Assembly: GCA_965116905.1 (NCBI GenBank)
Contig: OZ220732.1
Coordinates: forward strand, 3,200,001 to 3,264,000
Direction: 5' to 3'
DNA from: Longimicrobiales bacterium
Lineage (GTDB): Bacteria > Gemmatimonadota > Gemmatimonadetes > Longimicrobiales > Gaopeijiaceae
DNA length: 64,000 bases
The notes under the pieces were generated by a model that worked only from the letters and a program-made list of their open reading frames with translations, was not told the DNA's origin and ran no database searches. Below are positions 9,924 through 20,233 of the stretch, piece by piece. The first letter of the stretch is position 1, and each line of letters starts with the position of its first letter. A program made the position numbers and the translations under genes.

Positions 9924-10070
9924 GTCACGTCCATCCGCGTTTCCACAAAAGCGCACGGCGGGCTGCGCACAGCCCACGGCGCACCGGAAGCTGCCCTTGG
10001 GGGAGGCCGGTGTCAACCCGCCGACCGGGGACCGGGGCGGTGCCGCGGCGCACTGCGGCGCAACGCGGGC

Positions 10071-10823
10071 TCAGGTCCCTTGAACGGGCTCTGCGGCAGC
10101 GGCTCCGGCCTCGGCGATCCGGGCGAAGATGTCCGGGTCAAGGCTTGCGCCGCCGACCAGCACACCGTCCACATCAGGGGCGGACATCAGCGAGAGCGCG
10201 TTCACGGGCTTGACGCTGCCCCCGTACAGAATCGGCGCCGCACCCAGCTCGCCGAGCGCCGACCGCACGATGGCATGCGCCTCGGCCGCGTCGCGCGGCG
10301 TCGCCGTTTCTCCGGTGCCGATCGCCCAAACCGGCTCGTATGCCACCATGAACCTGGGCGCAGCCGCTACGGCGGCGAGGACCGCGCCGACCTGACGGCG
10401 CAGGACCTGCTCCAGCCGCCCGGCGCGCCGTTCCCCGAGCAGTTCTCCCACGCATATCACCGGAACGAGTCCGGCCCGAACGGCGGCACCCACCTTGGCG
10501 CTCACCTCCGTGTCGCTCTCGCCGAAGATGTGACGGCGCTCCGAGTGTCCGATCAGGGCAAACCGGGCTCCCGCTTCTCGGGCCATCTCGGCCGACGTCT
10601 CGCCGGTGAAGGCCCCCGCCTTTTCCGCATGGATGTTCTGGACCCCGAATCCGGCCGGGACCCCGACTGCGTCGATCGATGCGGCGAGCGACAGATCGGG
10701 AGGAAAGAACAGAAGCTCCACTGCCCCGGAAGAGACTCGCGGCCGGAATTGCGAAAAGAACGCCGTAGCCGCAGCCGGGCCGTGATGCATCTTCCAGTTG
10801 CCCGCGATCACTTTGCCCATCAT
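10071..10823 (-). CDS. tpiA: Triosephosphate isomerase
   Basis: AGNWKM, GHSERR, AYEPVWAIGTG, LYGGSV, LVGGAS. Confidence 0.98.
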   Translation of the reverse strand: MMGKVIAGNWKMHHGPAAATAFFSQFRPRVSSGAVELLFFPPDLSLAASIDAVGVPAGFGVQNIHAEKAGAFTGETSAEMAREAGARFALIGHSERRHIFGESDTEVSAKVGAAVRAGLVPVICVGELLGERRAGRLEQVLRRQVGAVLAAVAAAPRFMVAYEPVWAIGTGETATPRDAAEAHAIVRSALGELGAAPILYGGSVKPVNALSLMSAPDVDGVLVGGASLDPDIFARIAEAGAAAAEPVQGT

Positions 10824-10853
10824 GCCTCCGTTGCCTCCGTGTTCAGGTTCGTC

Positions 10854-12080
10854 TCAGGTACGTCCGATGCGTTCCGGCCGCCTTGCAAGAGCCTCGATGC
10901 CCGGCAGCGCCTTGCCGGCCAGAAGCTCCATGCAGGCGCCACCGCCCGTCGAAATGTGAGTCAGGCGCGCGGCCACGCCCGCGGCCCGCGCCGCCGCGGC
11001 CGAGTCGCCGCCTCCGACGACGACGGTGGCGCCCGCGTCGGCTGCCTCCGCGGCGACCCGCGCCACACCGAACGTCCCCGCCTCGAAACCGGCGACCTCG
11101 AAGAGCCCCATGGGGCCGTTCCACACGACGGTCGACGCCTGTGACAGCTGGTCCTCAAACATCTGGACCGTCTTCGGTCCTATGTCCACGACGATGTCGC
11201 CCGGGAGGATGCGGCCGCGGTCGGCGATGCGGGTTTGCGCCTCCGGTTCCGCCGACCGGGCCACCACACAATCGACCGGAACCAGGAGGCGGGGTCCGGC
11301 CTCGTCCAGAAGCCGCGCAGCGACGCCGGTTGCCTCCGCCTCGACCAGCGAAGCGCCCGTTTCCAGCCCCATCGCCCGGAAGAAGGTATTGGCCATCGCG
11401 CCGCCCACAAGCAGGATGTCCACCCTGGGCAACAGCGCTTCGATGACATGGATCTTGCCCGATATCTTGGCGCCGCCGAGGATCGCCACGTGGGGACGCC
11501 GAGGGTTCTCGACCACCTGGGCCAGCACCGCCAGCTCCCGTTCCACCAGCCCCCCCGCCACGGCCTGGCCACCCTTCGCCATGACGGCCCGCGGCAGTCC
11601 GTCGGTCGACGCGTGGGCCCTGTGCGCGGTCCCGAAGGCGTCCAGCACAAAATGGTCGGCCCAGCTTGCCCAATCGGAAGCCAGGGCGGGATCGTTGCTT
11701 GTCTCGCCGGGCAGGAAGCGTGTGTTTTCGACCAGGGACACCGTGCCCGGCGGCATCGACGCCACGGCGTCCTGCAGCGCCTGGCCGGCCGTGTGCCGTA
11801 CGAACCGAATGGGAGCCTCCAGGCAACCGGCCAGGCACCCCGCCACGGGTTCCAGCGAGAGTTCGGGCACGATCCTGCCCCCGGGACGCCCCAGATGGGA
11901 CAGGAGAACCACCCTGGCGCGAGCATCCACGAGTTGCGCGATGCTCGGGACGGTCCGCTCGATGCGGGCAGCATCGGCAATCCTGCCGGACGCGAGGGGA
12001 ACGTTGAAATCGGCTCTGAAAGCGACGGTGGCGCCAGCCAACGACCCACTCTGCTGCAGGTCGCGGAGCGACTTCGTCAT
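10854..12080 (-). CDS. pgk: Phosphoglycerate kinase
   Basis: DFNVP, SHLGRP, DAFGTAHRAHAS, WNGPMGLFE, GGGDS, ISTGGGA. Confidence 0.98.
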   Translation of the reverse strand: MTKSLRDLQQSGSLAGATVAFRADFNVPLASGRIADAARIERTVPSIAQLVDARARVVLLSHLGRPGGRIVPELSLEPVAGCLAGCLEAPIRFVRHTAGQALQDAVASMPPGTVSLVENTRFLPGETSNDPALASDWASWADHFVLDAFGTAHRAHASTDGLPRAVMAKGGQAVAGGLVERELAVLAQVVENPRRPHVAILGGAKISGKIHVIEALLPRVDILLVGGAMANTFFRAMGLETGASLVEAEATGVAARLLDEAGPRLLVPVDCVVARSAEPEAQTRIADRGRILPGDIVVDIGPKTVQMFEDQLSQASTVVWNGPMGLFEVAGFEAGTFGVARVAAEAADAGATVVVGGGDSAAAARAAGVAARLTHISTGGGACMELLAGKALPGIEALARRPERIGRT

Positions 12081-12113
12081 CGGGGTGATCCGCTCGCCAT
12101 CGGCGGACCCGGT

Positions 12114-12905
12114 TCAGCTGGTCGGCGGCACAGGAGACTCCTGCTGCCCGGACCCGGACCCCGGCTCTTCCGCTTCAGGTCGGAAGATGATCGAGAACTC
12201 CACCCATACTCCGACCGGCTGGCCTCCCCGCGTGGCCGGTGCGAAACGGAGCCCACGGGTCGCGCTGAGCGCCGCCGCATCCAACTGCCCCACGTCGGAA
12301 GAGACCACCACCTGTGGGGACTCGGGCGAGCCCTCGGAGTCCACCCAGACAAGGACGCCGACGGTCCCACCGATGCCTGCCCGCTGCAGGAGCGGCGGGT
12401 ATTGACCCGCCACCGTGCGCCGGGCTTCGTCGGGGTCCGCGAGGCGGGGAGGTGTCGCGGGCAGCGGCAGTGCCATCTCCGGCGACTCGCCGAGTCCCCG
12501 CGTGGGCCGCGGAGGGGTCACGTTGGCGGTTCCCTCCCAACGCCCCGCCTCCACGCCGGATGACGTCGGAATCGCGCTCTCGGGACCGATCTGGGCAGGC
12601 TGCGGCCCCTCCGCGAGGGGCAAGCCCAGCAGCCGGGCCAGCGAGGCACGGACAGGGGGTACACCCAGCGACACCGTCAACAGCGCGACGACCGCCGCGG
12701 CGGGAATCAGCTGGCGCCGGCGAGGGAAGGCACGCCCGGGAAAACGTCCCTTCCGATACCGCCGCCGATGCTCGTCGACAAGCCGGACGCGAAGCTCCTC
12801 GCCGAACGAAGCCCTTTCCTCGACCTGGATCCCACGGAGTTCACGGTCCAGTCGCACAAGGTCGTCCGGCAACGAGCCGATTCCGGTTCGATGTTCGCTT
12901 GTCAT
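12114..12905 (-). CDS. Single-pass membrane protein with C-terminal TonB domain (putative anti-sigma/TonB-C fusion)
   Basis: About 60-aa charged N-terminal region, TM LIPAAAVVALLTVSLGV, Pro-rich linker, TonB_C YPPLLQRAGIGGTVGVLVWVDSEG...LDAAAL...RFAPATRGGQPV; ATG 1 nt after the sigma stop. Confidence 0.8.
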   Translation of the reverse strand: MTSEHRTGIGSLPDDLVRLDRELRGIQVEERASFGEELRVRLVDEHRRRYRKGRFPGRAFPRRRQLIPAAAVVALLTVSLGVPPVRASLARLLGLPLAEGPQPAQIGPESAIPTSSGVEAGRWEGTANVTPPRPTRGLGESPEMALPLPATPPRLADPDEARRTVAGQYPPLLQRAGIGGTVGVLVWVDSEGSPESPQVVVSSDVGQLDAAALSATRGLRFAPATRGGQPVGVWVEFSIIFRPEAEEPGSGSGQQESPVPPTS

Positions 12906-12906
12906 C

Positions 12907-13524
12907 CTAGCTGCCCTCGTTCGACTGTTCGGCAACGGCGGTTCTGAGTCTGTCCAGCGCCCTGTGGATGCGCACGGCGACGGCGTTAGCCGTGATCCCG
13001 AGCGACTCGGCAATCTCGCGGTTCCCCAGATCCGCGGCGTAGCGGAGCGACAGAATCTCCTGGTCCGGCTGTCTCAGCGTAGCGATCGACGTCATCAGGA
13101 GTTGCTTCCTTTCATCTTCCAGCATCCGTTCTTCCGGCGACGGAGCCCGCGACGCCAGATTGGGGACCCTGTCGATCGAGACCTGGCGGGAGCCACGTCG
13201 GCCGAGGGCCCGAAGGTGGTCTGTCACGGCGTTGCGAGCGATGCGAAAGAGCCAGGTGCGAGGCGCCGAGCGCCGGCTGTCGTAGCTGGGTAGCGACCGC
13301 AGCGCCTTGAGAAACACCTCCGACGTGATGTCCTCTGCGATCTCGCGCGTCGCGACCCGGAACCGCACGAATCTGTACACGGCTTGCCGATGGTCCCTGA
13401 ACCATGCCTCGAAATCGGGCGGCAAAGCCGGACCCGAGCCTCTCGCCTTCGTGCGGCGATACAGGGTAACGCCCGGGAGCGGCCGCGCCATGGGGGGAAC
13501 ATCCACGGAATCGGAACCCATCAT
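12907..13524 (-). CDS. ECF (sigma70 group 4) RNA polymerase sigma factor
   Basis: Region 2 AEDITSEVFLKA...TWLFRIARN; region 4 LRQPDQEILSLRY...EIAESLGITANAVAVRIHRALDRLR; start could be 13560, 13524, 13521 or 13491. Confidence 0.92.
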   Translation of the reverse strand: MMGSDSVDVPPMARPLPGVTLYRRTKARGSGPALPPDFEAWFRDHRQAVYRFVRFRVATREIAEDITSEVFLKALRSLPSYDSRRSAPRTWLFRIARNAVTDHLRALGRRGSRQVSIDRVPNLASRAPSPEERMLEDERKQLLMTSIATLRQPDQEILSLRYAADLGNREIAESLGITANAVAVRIHRALDRLRTAVAEQSNEGS

Positions 13525-13591
13525 GTCTCCCCATACGCTCGCGGGCCCGGGTTGTGACATCCGGACCAGCAGAGCGTTGCGCCGCGCGGAC

Positions 13592-14617
13592 TCATGCGGC
13601 CACAGCGGGGAGGCGGTCGCCCACGAACCGAACGAGGTCGACCACGCGTGACGAATAGCCCCATTCGTTGTCGTACCAGACCAGAACCTTGACCATGCGA
13701 TCGCCCATCACGGCGGTGCTGGGGGCATCCACCACGGAACTCGCCGCCTCGCCGACGAAGTCCACGGACACCAGCGGCTCGTCCTCCACCCGCAGGATCC
13801 CCGCCAGCTCGCTTTCGGCCGCCGCGCGCAACGCACCGTTCACTGCGTCGGGGGACGCATCCGTCTTCAGCTCGGCAACGAGATCGACCAGCGATACATC
13901 GGGAGTGGGCACCCGAATCGCCATTCCGTCCAGCTTCCCCTCCAGTTCCGGCAGCACCAGGGAGATCGCGCGCGCCGCGCCGGTGGTGGTGGGTATCATG
14001 CTCACCGCCGCCGCGCGAGCCCGCCGCAGGTCCTTATGGGGACCGTCCAGGACGGCCTGACCGCTCGTATATGCATGAATCGTGGTCATGAGCCCGCGGA
14101 CAAAACCGAAGCGCTCCGAGAGTACCTTCGCCACGGGCGCCAGGCAGTTGGTCGTGCAGCTGGCGTTGGAGATGAGGTGGTGCGTCGCCGGATCGTAGCG
14201 ATCGTGGTTGACTCCGAGGACGATGGTGATGTCCTCGTCATTGGCCGGAGCCGATATGATGACCTTGCGGGCACCGGCCTCCAGGTGCCGGGAGGCCAAT
14301 TCACGCGTGCGGAAGATGCCCGTGGATTCGACAACCACGTCGATCCCGAGTTCGCGCCAGGGCAGCCTCGCCGGATCCCGCTCCGACAGCACCCGGATGT
14401 CGTCGCCGTCGACCACGATCCCCTCGTCGGAGAGCTCTACCGAGCCCCGATACGTTCCATGAACGGAGTCGTGCCTGAACAGGTGGGCGAGCGTCGAACT
14501 CTCTGTCAGGTCGTTGACGGCCACAAAGTCGAGATCGTTCGCTCCCGACTGCTTCGCGGCCCTGAGAACGTTCCTGCCGATACGGCCGAAGCCGTTGATG
14601 GCGACTCGGATGGACAT
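13592..14617 (-). CDS. gap: Glyceraldehyde-3-phosphate dehydrogenase
   Basis: [28 protein letters not shown]. Confidence 0.98.
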   Translation of the reverse strand: MSIRVAINGFGRIGRNVLRAAKQSGANDLDFVAVNDLTESSTLAHLFRHDSVHGTYRGSVELSDEGIVVDGDDIRVLSERDPARLPWRELGIDVVVESTGIFRTRELASRHLEAGARKVIISAPANDEDITIVLGVNHDRYDPATHHLISNASCTTNCLAPVAKVLSERFGFVRGLMTTIHAYTSGQAVLDGPHKDLRRARAAAVSMIPTTTGAARAISLVLPELEGKLDGMAIRVPTPDVSLVDLVAELKTDASPDAVNGALRAAAESELAGILRVEDEPLVSVDFVGEAASSVVDAPSTAVMGDRMVKVLVWYDNEWGYSSRVVDLVRFVGDRLPAVAA

Positions 14618-14654
14618 GGGTTGGTCAGCTCCCGCGACGGATTCGTGCGCCGGT

Positions 14655-15416
14655 TCAGGTTGCTTGTTGGGAGATCGGGACGGTTCTTGCAAACGCGTAC
14701 GCGACGATGGACCTGGGGTTGCCGAGCGCGAGAACGCCTGTGGCAGCCAGGACTGTGGCCCCCGTGGTGATGACATCGTCCACCAGGAGGAGCCGTCGGC
14801 CCTCCAACCTCCCCGCCAAACGCTCCACCATCACGAACGCGCCACTGACGTTAGCCCGGCGCTGCATCGGATTCAAGGCGGTCTGCGTACCCGCCTGGCG
14901 CTGTCGGCGGAGGCAATCCAGCAGAGGAATGTCCAGCGCCGCCGACAGGGCGGAGGCGATGACCGCAGACTGATTGTACCCGCGCCGCCGGATGTTGCGG
15001 GCCGATGTCGGCACGGGCACGATCATATCCGCTCGTCTCGCGGCCTCGCCGGCCCTTCCCGCCATCTCGGTTCCCATGAATCGGCCCACGTCACGCCAAC
15101 CCTGATACTTCAGGGCGTGGACCAGTTCACGCGCCGGAGACTCCAGCAGACACGCGGCGTCGGCCAACTGCAGCCGGTCGGGCCACTCGTTGCAATCCAT
15201 ACAGGATGGCGCCTCGCCCGTACCCAGTGGTGCGCCGCAACGGGAGCAGGCCGGAAGCGGCACCTGCGGCAGACCCAGGCGACAGTTCCCGCAAACGGGC
15301 CCCAGACCGGCCCGGACTTCGGCCGCTGCCGACCCTCCGCATCCAGCGCACGCCGGGGGCAGCAGGTAGTCGGCCACTCCCGTCAGAATCGTCGTCGCCC
15401 GCCTCATTCCCCTCAT
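14655..15416 (-). CDS. comF: ComF family protein (zinc ribbon plus PRTase)
   Basis: [39 protein letters not shown] overlap with aroE. Confidence 0.9.
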   Translation of the reverse strand: MRGMRRATTILTGVADYLLPPACAGCGGSAAAEVRAGLGPVCGNCRLGLPQVPLPACSRCGAPLGTGEAPSCMDCNEWPDRLQLADAACLLESPARELVHALKYQGWRDVGRFMGTEMAGRAGEAARRADMIVPVPTSARNIRRRGYNQSAVIASALSAALDIPLLDCLRRQRQAGTQTALNPMQRRANVSGAFVMVERLAGRLEGRRLLLVDDVITTGATVLAATGVLALGNPRSIVAYAFARTVPISQQAT

Positions 15417-16261
15417 TGCGGCCCCCGGCCCCGGCACGCGGCTTCCAACGCACGCGCCATGACGCCCCTGGGCGGCGCTTCGCCGAACCACCGCGCATGG
15501 GATGCTTCCGCCTGCAGCACCAGCATGCCGCGCCCGTCCACGGCCGCGATTCCCAGGGTGTCCGCCTGACGGCAGAGCGGTGTCGGGTTCGTGCCGTATA
15601 CCAGGTCCATGACCACGTGCGGCGGCGTGGCCAGGGCTTCCAGATCGATCGGCCGGTGCCGTCCGCGAATCCCCACGGACGTCGTGTTGACCACCACTGC
15701 GGGGGCCGTGGCGCGCCAGTCGGACACCGGGCGCAACCTCTCGTCCCCCAACTCGCGCACAAGCCTCCGCGCCCGGCCTGCCGTGCGGTTCCAGACGAGA
15801 ATGAGCGAGGTCGTCGAGGCATGCAGCAGGCCATGTAGGACCGCGCGGGCGGCCCCGCCCGCACCCATCACGAGCACGGGTGACGCGTCGGCCGGAGACG
15901 AAACCGCGGCCCGCCACATCCCCGTGAACCCTTCCACGTCCGTGTTGTCCCCCCACACCTCGCCGTCCCGCGCCCAGAACGTATTGCACGCACCGGTCGC
16001 GGCGACGGCGCGGGTGCAGCGGTCCAGAAAGGGGATCACGCGCTCCTTGTGGGGCACCGTCACGTTGCCGCCCCCACCGCCCATGGCCAGGGCCCGCATG
16101 ACCTCTCCACATTCGTCCGGCGACACCCGGCGGGCCACGTATCGCGCGCGCCGACCCGCCGCGCGGAACGCCGCGTTGTGGATTGCCGGGGAAAGGCTGT
16201 GCGCGACGGGATCCCCAAGGATCGCGTAGAGCGCGTGACGCTCCCGGGCCCCGCCCGTCAC
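15413..16261 (-). CDS. aroE: Shikimate dehydrogenase
   Basis: HSLSPAIHN, NVTVPHKE, NTD, GAGGAARA, DLVY, DGRGML. Confidence 0.95.
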   Translation of the reverse strand: MTGGARERHALYAILGDPVAHSLSPAIHNAAFRAAGRRARYVARRVSPDECGEVMRALAMGGGGGNVTVPHKERVIPFLDRCTRAVAATGACNTFWARDGEVWGDNTDVEGFTGMWRAAVSSPADASPVLVMGAGGAARAVLHGLLHASTTSLILVWNRTAGRARRLVRELGDERLRPVSDWRATAPAVVVNTTSVGIRGRHRPIDLEALATPPHVVMDLVYGTNPTPLCRQADTLGIAAVDGRGMLVLQAEASHARWFGEAPPRGVMARALEAACRGRGPQ

Positions 16262-17340
16262 TCTCCGCGCTCCGCTCCCGGCGTCAATGCCGCCAGCGCC
16301 GCCTCCACCAGGTATTCCAGTTCGGCAAAGGTCGCCCGGTAGTGGTCATCGGTTCCGCCGAACGGATCCTGCACGGCCCCCTCCCGGCCGGCCATCTCGG
16401 AGAGAAGGCGACATTCGTCGGCACCGCCGAACTCCCGGGCACGCAGCAGGTGGTGCGTGTCCATGCACAGCACCGCGTCAGACCGCGCCACCACCTCCGG
16501 GGTCAGGACCGCGCTACGGTGCCGATCCAGATCCAGACCCGCATCCTTCACTACCGTGCGGGCACCCTCGCTGGCTGGCCCGCCCGGCAATGCCGCCGTG
16601 CCCGCGGATTCCACGGTCACCCGCGACAACCCCCGTCCGGCAATCCATCTGCGCGCGATGACTTCCGCCATCGGTGAGCGGCAGGTGTTTCCCGTGCACA
16701 CGAAGGTCACATGGAGCCCGCGAGGCGCAACGGCGCGTCCTGGCGACCGGGCCATCCGCACGGCCTCACCCAGCCGCGCGGGGTCCACCGAACCCTGTCG
16801 GATCACCACGGGCCGGTCCCCGGCCAGGCGCAGGAGGGTGGAGGGCGCACCGCCCGGGAGAGGTCCTGCCTCCACCGCGAACAGCTCCACCCCCATCGCG
16901 AGGCCCGCATCGCGCGCGGCGGCCACGGTCCGCGCCGGGGCACCGCCGGGCGGGTTTGCCGAGGTGGAGGTGATCGGCCGCCCGGCCGCCATGAGGAGTT
17001 CCAGCGTGACCGGGTGCCCCGGGACGCGCACGGCCACGGAGCCATCAGCCGCTTTCACGGCCGGCGGAAAACGGTCTTCCGGGTCCTCCAGCACGAGAGT
17101 GAGGGGGCCGGGCCAGAACGCCCGCGCAAGCAGCCGGCCGGTTGTGCCCAGCAGCTCGCGCACGAATCCCGCTGACGGGATCAACACGACGAAGCCTCCG
17201 CCCGCACGACACTTGATCCGCCCGAGGCGCCCCAGGGGAGCATCGTCCAGGAACCCACCGATGCCGTAGACCGACTCGGTCGGGTGAATCACGAGTTCGC
17301 CCCGTGTCAGGTGAACGAGCGCTTCCTCAAGCGTATTCAC
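16258..17340 (-). CDS. TsaC/Sua5 threonylcarbamoyl-AMP synthase fused to an LMW (YwlE-like) protein phosphatase
   Basis: N-half PTESVYG, FWPGPLTL, AVRVP, STSAN; C-half FVCTGNTCRSPMAE and QDPFGG; one continuous ORF. Confidence 0.88.
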   Translation of the reverse strand: MNTLEEALVHLTRGELVIHPTESVYGIGGFLDDAPLGRLGRIKCRAGGGFVVLIPSAGFVRELLGTTGRLLARAFWPGPLTLVLEDPEDRFPPAVKAADGSVAVRVPGHPVTLELLMAAGRPITSTSANPPGGAPARTVAAARDAGLAMGVELFAVEAGPLPGGAPSTLLRLAGDRPVVIRQGSVDPARLGEAVRMARSPGRAVAPRGLHVTFVCTGNTCRSPMAEVIARRWIAGRGLSRVTVESAGTAALPGGPASEGARTVVKDAGLDLDRHRSAVLTPEVVARSDAVLCMDTHHLLRAREFGGADECRLLSEMAGREGAVQDPFGGTDDHYRATFAELEYLVEAALAALTPGAERGE

Positions 17341-18020
17341 AGGTGAGATAGGACAAGTCCTTTTGCAATAAACGCTTCTGCGACAATCAAATCCTCCGGG
17401 GCAGTGATCTTGAGGTTCATCACCGACGAGGGCACCATCCGCACCGGCGAGCCCGTCTGCTCCACCATCGAAGCGTCGTCAGTGGGGGACAGCCCCGATT
17501 CGCGGCAGCGCGCCACAGCTTGCTCGAACACTCCCCGGGGAAACGCCTGCGGCGTCTGTGCGTACCAGAGGACATCGCGCCGGGGCGTGCCGACAACCCG
17601 TTCCCCGTCGGTCCTCTTGATCGTGTCCACCGCCGGCACTCCGGCCACTGCGCCGCAACCCGTGACCGCCAGCCGTATGCACGCGTCGATGACCTCGGGC
17701 GAGGGGAACGGGCGGGCCCCATCGTGAACCGCCACGACATCCGCCGCCGATTCGAGACCGTCGAAAGCGTTCGCCACGGACTCGAAACGGCTCTTTCCGC
17801 CGCTCACGACGCGAATCCTCGGGTCGGCCCGAACAAGTCGGCCGCGCGCCGCTCCGCCACCCACCGCGACCACCAGCTCGACGATGTCGTCCCGGACCAG
17901 ATACGGGGCCAGCGCCCAGTCGAGGACCGTACGCCCCCCCAATTCCATGAACGGCTTGCGCACGCCACCCATGCGCGCCCCGGCTCCCGCCGCGGGCACG
18001 ATCACCGCCACCCCGCTCAC
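17337..18020 (-). CDS. ispD: 2-C-methyl-D-erythritol 4-phosphate cytidylyltransferase
   Basis: AAGAGARMG, VHDGARP, AQTPQAF, TDDA, NLKIT. Confidence 0.95.
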   Translation of the reverse strand: MSGVAVIVPAAGAGARMGGVRKPFMELGGRTVLDWALAPYLVRDDIVELVVAVGGGAARGRLVRADPRIRVVSGGKSRFESVANAFDGLESAADVVAVHDGARPFPSPEVIDACIRLAVTGCGAVAGVPAVDTIKRTDGERVVGTPRRDVLWYAQTPQAFPRGVFEQAVARCRESGLSPTDDASMVEQTGSPVRMVPSSVMNLKITAPEDLIVAEAFIAKGLVLSHL

Positions 18021-19423
18021 GTCATGTCTTCGGACGGCTCCGCGTCACGGGACACCGAGTCGAAGCGGGTGTAGGACTTGTGGAAGTAGAGCTCCACGGT
18101 ACCGGTCGGCCCGTTGCGCTGCTTGGATACGATCAGCTCCGCCTTCCCCTCCACCGAGTTGCCGTCCTTGTCGGTGGGTCCGATGTAGTATTCCGGCCGG
18201 TACAGGAACATCACCAGGTCCGCGTCCTGCTCGATCGAACCACTGTCCCTGAGGTCCGAAAGCTGTGGACGGCGGTCGGTGCGCTGCTCCGGTGCCCGGC
18301 TCAACTGACTCAGCGCGATCACGGGCACCTCCAGTTCGCGGGCGAGCGCCTTCAGCCCCCGGGAGATTTCCGAGACTTCCTGGACCCGGCTTTCGGCTCT
18401 GCCGGCCGAGGTCATCAACTGGATGTAGTCGACGACGATCAGACCCAGATTCGCCTCCGCCATCAACCGCCTGGACTTTGCCTTCATCTCGAGCACGTTC
18501 GAAGTGGCGGAGTCGTCGATCCAGATGGGAGCCGCGTTCAGGTGGCCGGCCGCCCGGCCCAGCCGCTGGTACTCGTCGGCATCGAGCCTTCCCCGCCGCA
18601 CCTTCTGCGCATCCACCCTACCCTCTGCGCACATCAACCGCAGGACCAACTGCTCCTTCGACATCTCCAGGCTGAAGACGGCAACCGGGATCCCGTGTTC
18701 GATCGCCGCCGTCTGGGCCACATTGAGGACCCACGACGTCTTGCCCATGGAAGGCCGGCCCGCCACGATCACCAGGTCGCCGGACTGAAGTCCCGTCGTC
18801 ATGCGGTCGAGGTCGGCAAAGCCCGTGCGGAGACCGGAGACATCCCCGGGGCTCTCCTGCAGCCTCTCAATCTGCTCGAAGGCCGAGTAGAGGACTTCCT
18901 TGATCCAGACGAAGCCATCGCGGTCACGCGATTCCGAGACACGGAAGACCCGTTGCTCGGCCTGGTCCAGGATCTCGTCGACCATCCTGTCGCCCGGGTC
19001 GTGCACGTCGCGCACGATCGTCTGGGCTGCGTCGATGAGGCGGCGCAACAGCGCCTTGTCGTGCACGATGCGGCCGTGGTACTCGATGTTGGCGGCCGTG
19101 GGCACCGCATCCGTGAGCGAAGCCAGGTACTCCATGCCCCCGGCGTTCTCCAGCTCGCCGGTCCGGTTCAACTCCTCGGCAACGGTGATGACGTCCACCA
19201 CACTGCCGCGTTCGAACAGACGGGTCATCGCGCGGTAGAGCCGCCGGTGCGCCTCGCGATAGAACATGGAGTCGTCCACGAACTCCACGACCCGCGGCAC
19301 GGCGTCGCCGTCGATCAGCATGCCACCGAGAACCGATGCCTCCGCCTCCGGGGAAAACGGCGGCTGACGATCATACCCGGATGCCTGATCCGCCACGGTC
19401 TGGATCGGGATGGGCTCACTCAC
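18017..19423 (-). CDS. dnaB: Replicative DNA helicase
   Basis: AGRPSMGKT, FSLEMS, VDYIQLM, LSQLSR, DLRDSGSIEQDAD, KQRNGPTG; no intein. Confidence 0.98.
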   Translation of the reverse strand: MSEPIPIQTVADQASGYDRQPPFSPEAEASVLGGMLIDGDAVPRVVEFVDDSMFYREAHRRLYRAMTRLFERGSVVDVITVAEELNRTGELENAGGMEYLASLTDAVPTAANIEYHGRIVHDKALLRRLIDAAQTIVRDVHDPGDRMVDEILDQAEQRVFRVSESRDRDGFVWIKEVLYSAFEQIERLQESPGDVSGLRTGFADLDRMTTGLQSGDLVIVAGRPSMGKTSWVLNVAQTAAIEHGIPVAVFSLEMSKEQLVLRLMCAEGRVDAQKVRRGRLDADEYQRLGRAAGHLNAAPIWIDDSATSNVLEMKAKSRRLMAEANLGLIVVDYIQLMTSAGRAESRVQEVSEISRGLKALARELEVPVIALSQLSRAPEQRTDRRPQLSDLRDSGSIEQDADLVMFLYRPEYYIGPTDKDGNSVEGKAELIVSKQRNGPTGTVELYFHKSYTRFDSVSRDAEPSEDMT

Positions 19424-19498
19424 TGCGATCTTCCTTCCCCGGAACCTTCGCGTCCCCCTCGCCTGCGCTCCACGTGCTTCGAGTCCGAATCATGCGTC

Positions 19499-20233
19499 TC
19501 ACCTTCCGTCCATCACCTGGCGCAGCAACTGGAGATCATCCCATGCCAACCGGCTCCAGCCAGGATTGCGCAGCAGCGCTGCGGGATGGTAGGTGACGAC
19601 GAGGGGAACACCCTGGTAACTGTACACCCTGCCCCTGAGCTTGCCCAGAGCCTGCCTAGTTGCCGTCAGCCACTGCGCCGCGAAGGAACCCACGGCCAGG
19701 AGCACTTCGGGGGCCACCAGTTCGATCTGCCGCTTCAACAGGGGGGCGCAGGACTCGATCTCATCGGGTTGGGGATTCCGGTTCCCCGGGGGCCGGCACT
19801 TGAGCACGTTGCATATGTAGACCGAATCGCGCCGCGAAAGCGCCACCGACGCGAGCATCAGGTCCAGAAGGCGGCCGGCCTGCCCGACGAAGGGGAGTCC
19901 CGTGGCGTCCTCGCGCGCTCCGGGGGCCTCACCCACCACCATGAGGCGGGCCGCGGGGTTTCCGTCGGCAAAGACGACGGTCTTTCGGCCGTCGGCCAAT
20001 CGGCAGCGGGTGCAGGCCATGGCGGCGGCGCGCAGGGCAGCGTAGTCGTCGCCGGGCCCGTCGCCCACCGCCGGGCGTCCGGCCGTCGCGACCTCTGCCG
20101 GCCCGCCGACGGCACCCGTCTTCAGCAACTGCAGTATCTCGCCCGCTTCCAGTCCCGCCGGCACGATGCCGGGCTCACCCAGCCGCCGGCGCTGGTCCAG
20201 ATAAGCGGCAAGCCGCGTCGAGACCTCCGTCAA
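19499..20233 (-). CDS. Uracil-DNA glycosylase family 4
   Basis: CTRCRL, VGEAPG, PFVGQAG, NVLKCRPPGNR, TYHPAALLR. Confidence 0.95.
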   Translation of the reverse strand: MTEVSTRLAAYLDQRRRLGEPGIVPAGLEAGEILQLLKTGAVGGPAEVATAGRPAVGDGPGDDYAALRAAAMACTRCRLADGRKTVVFADGNPAARLMVVGEAPGAREDATGLPFVGQAGRLLDLMLASVALSRRDSVYICNVLKCRPPGNRNPQPDEIESCAPLLKRQIELVAPEVLLAVGSFAAQWLTATRQALGKLRGRVYSYQGVPLVVTYHPAALLRNPGWSRLAWDDLQLLRQVMDGR

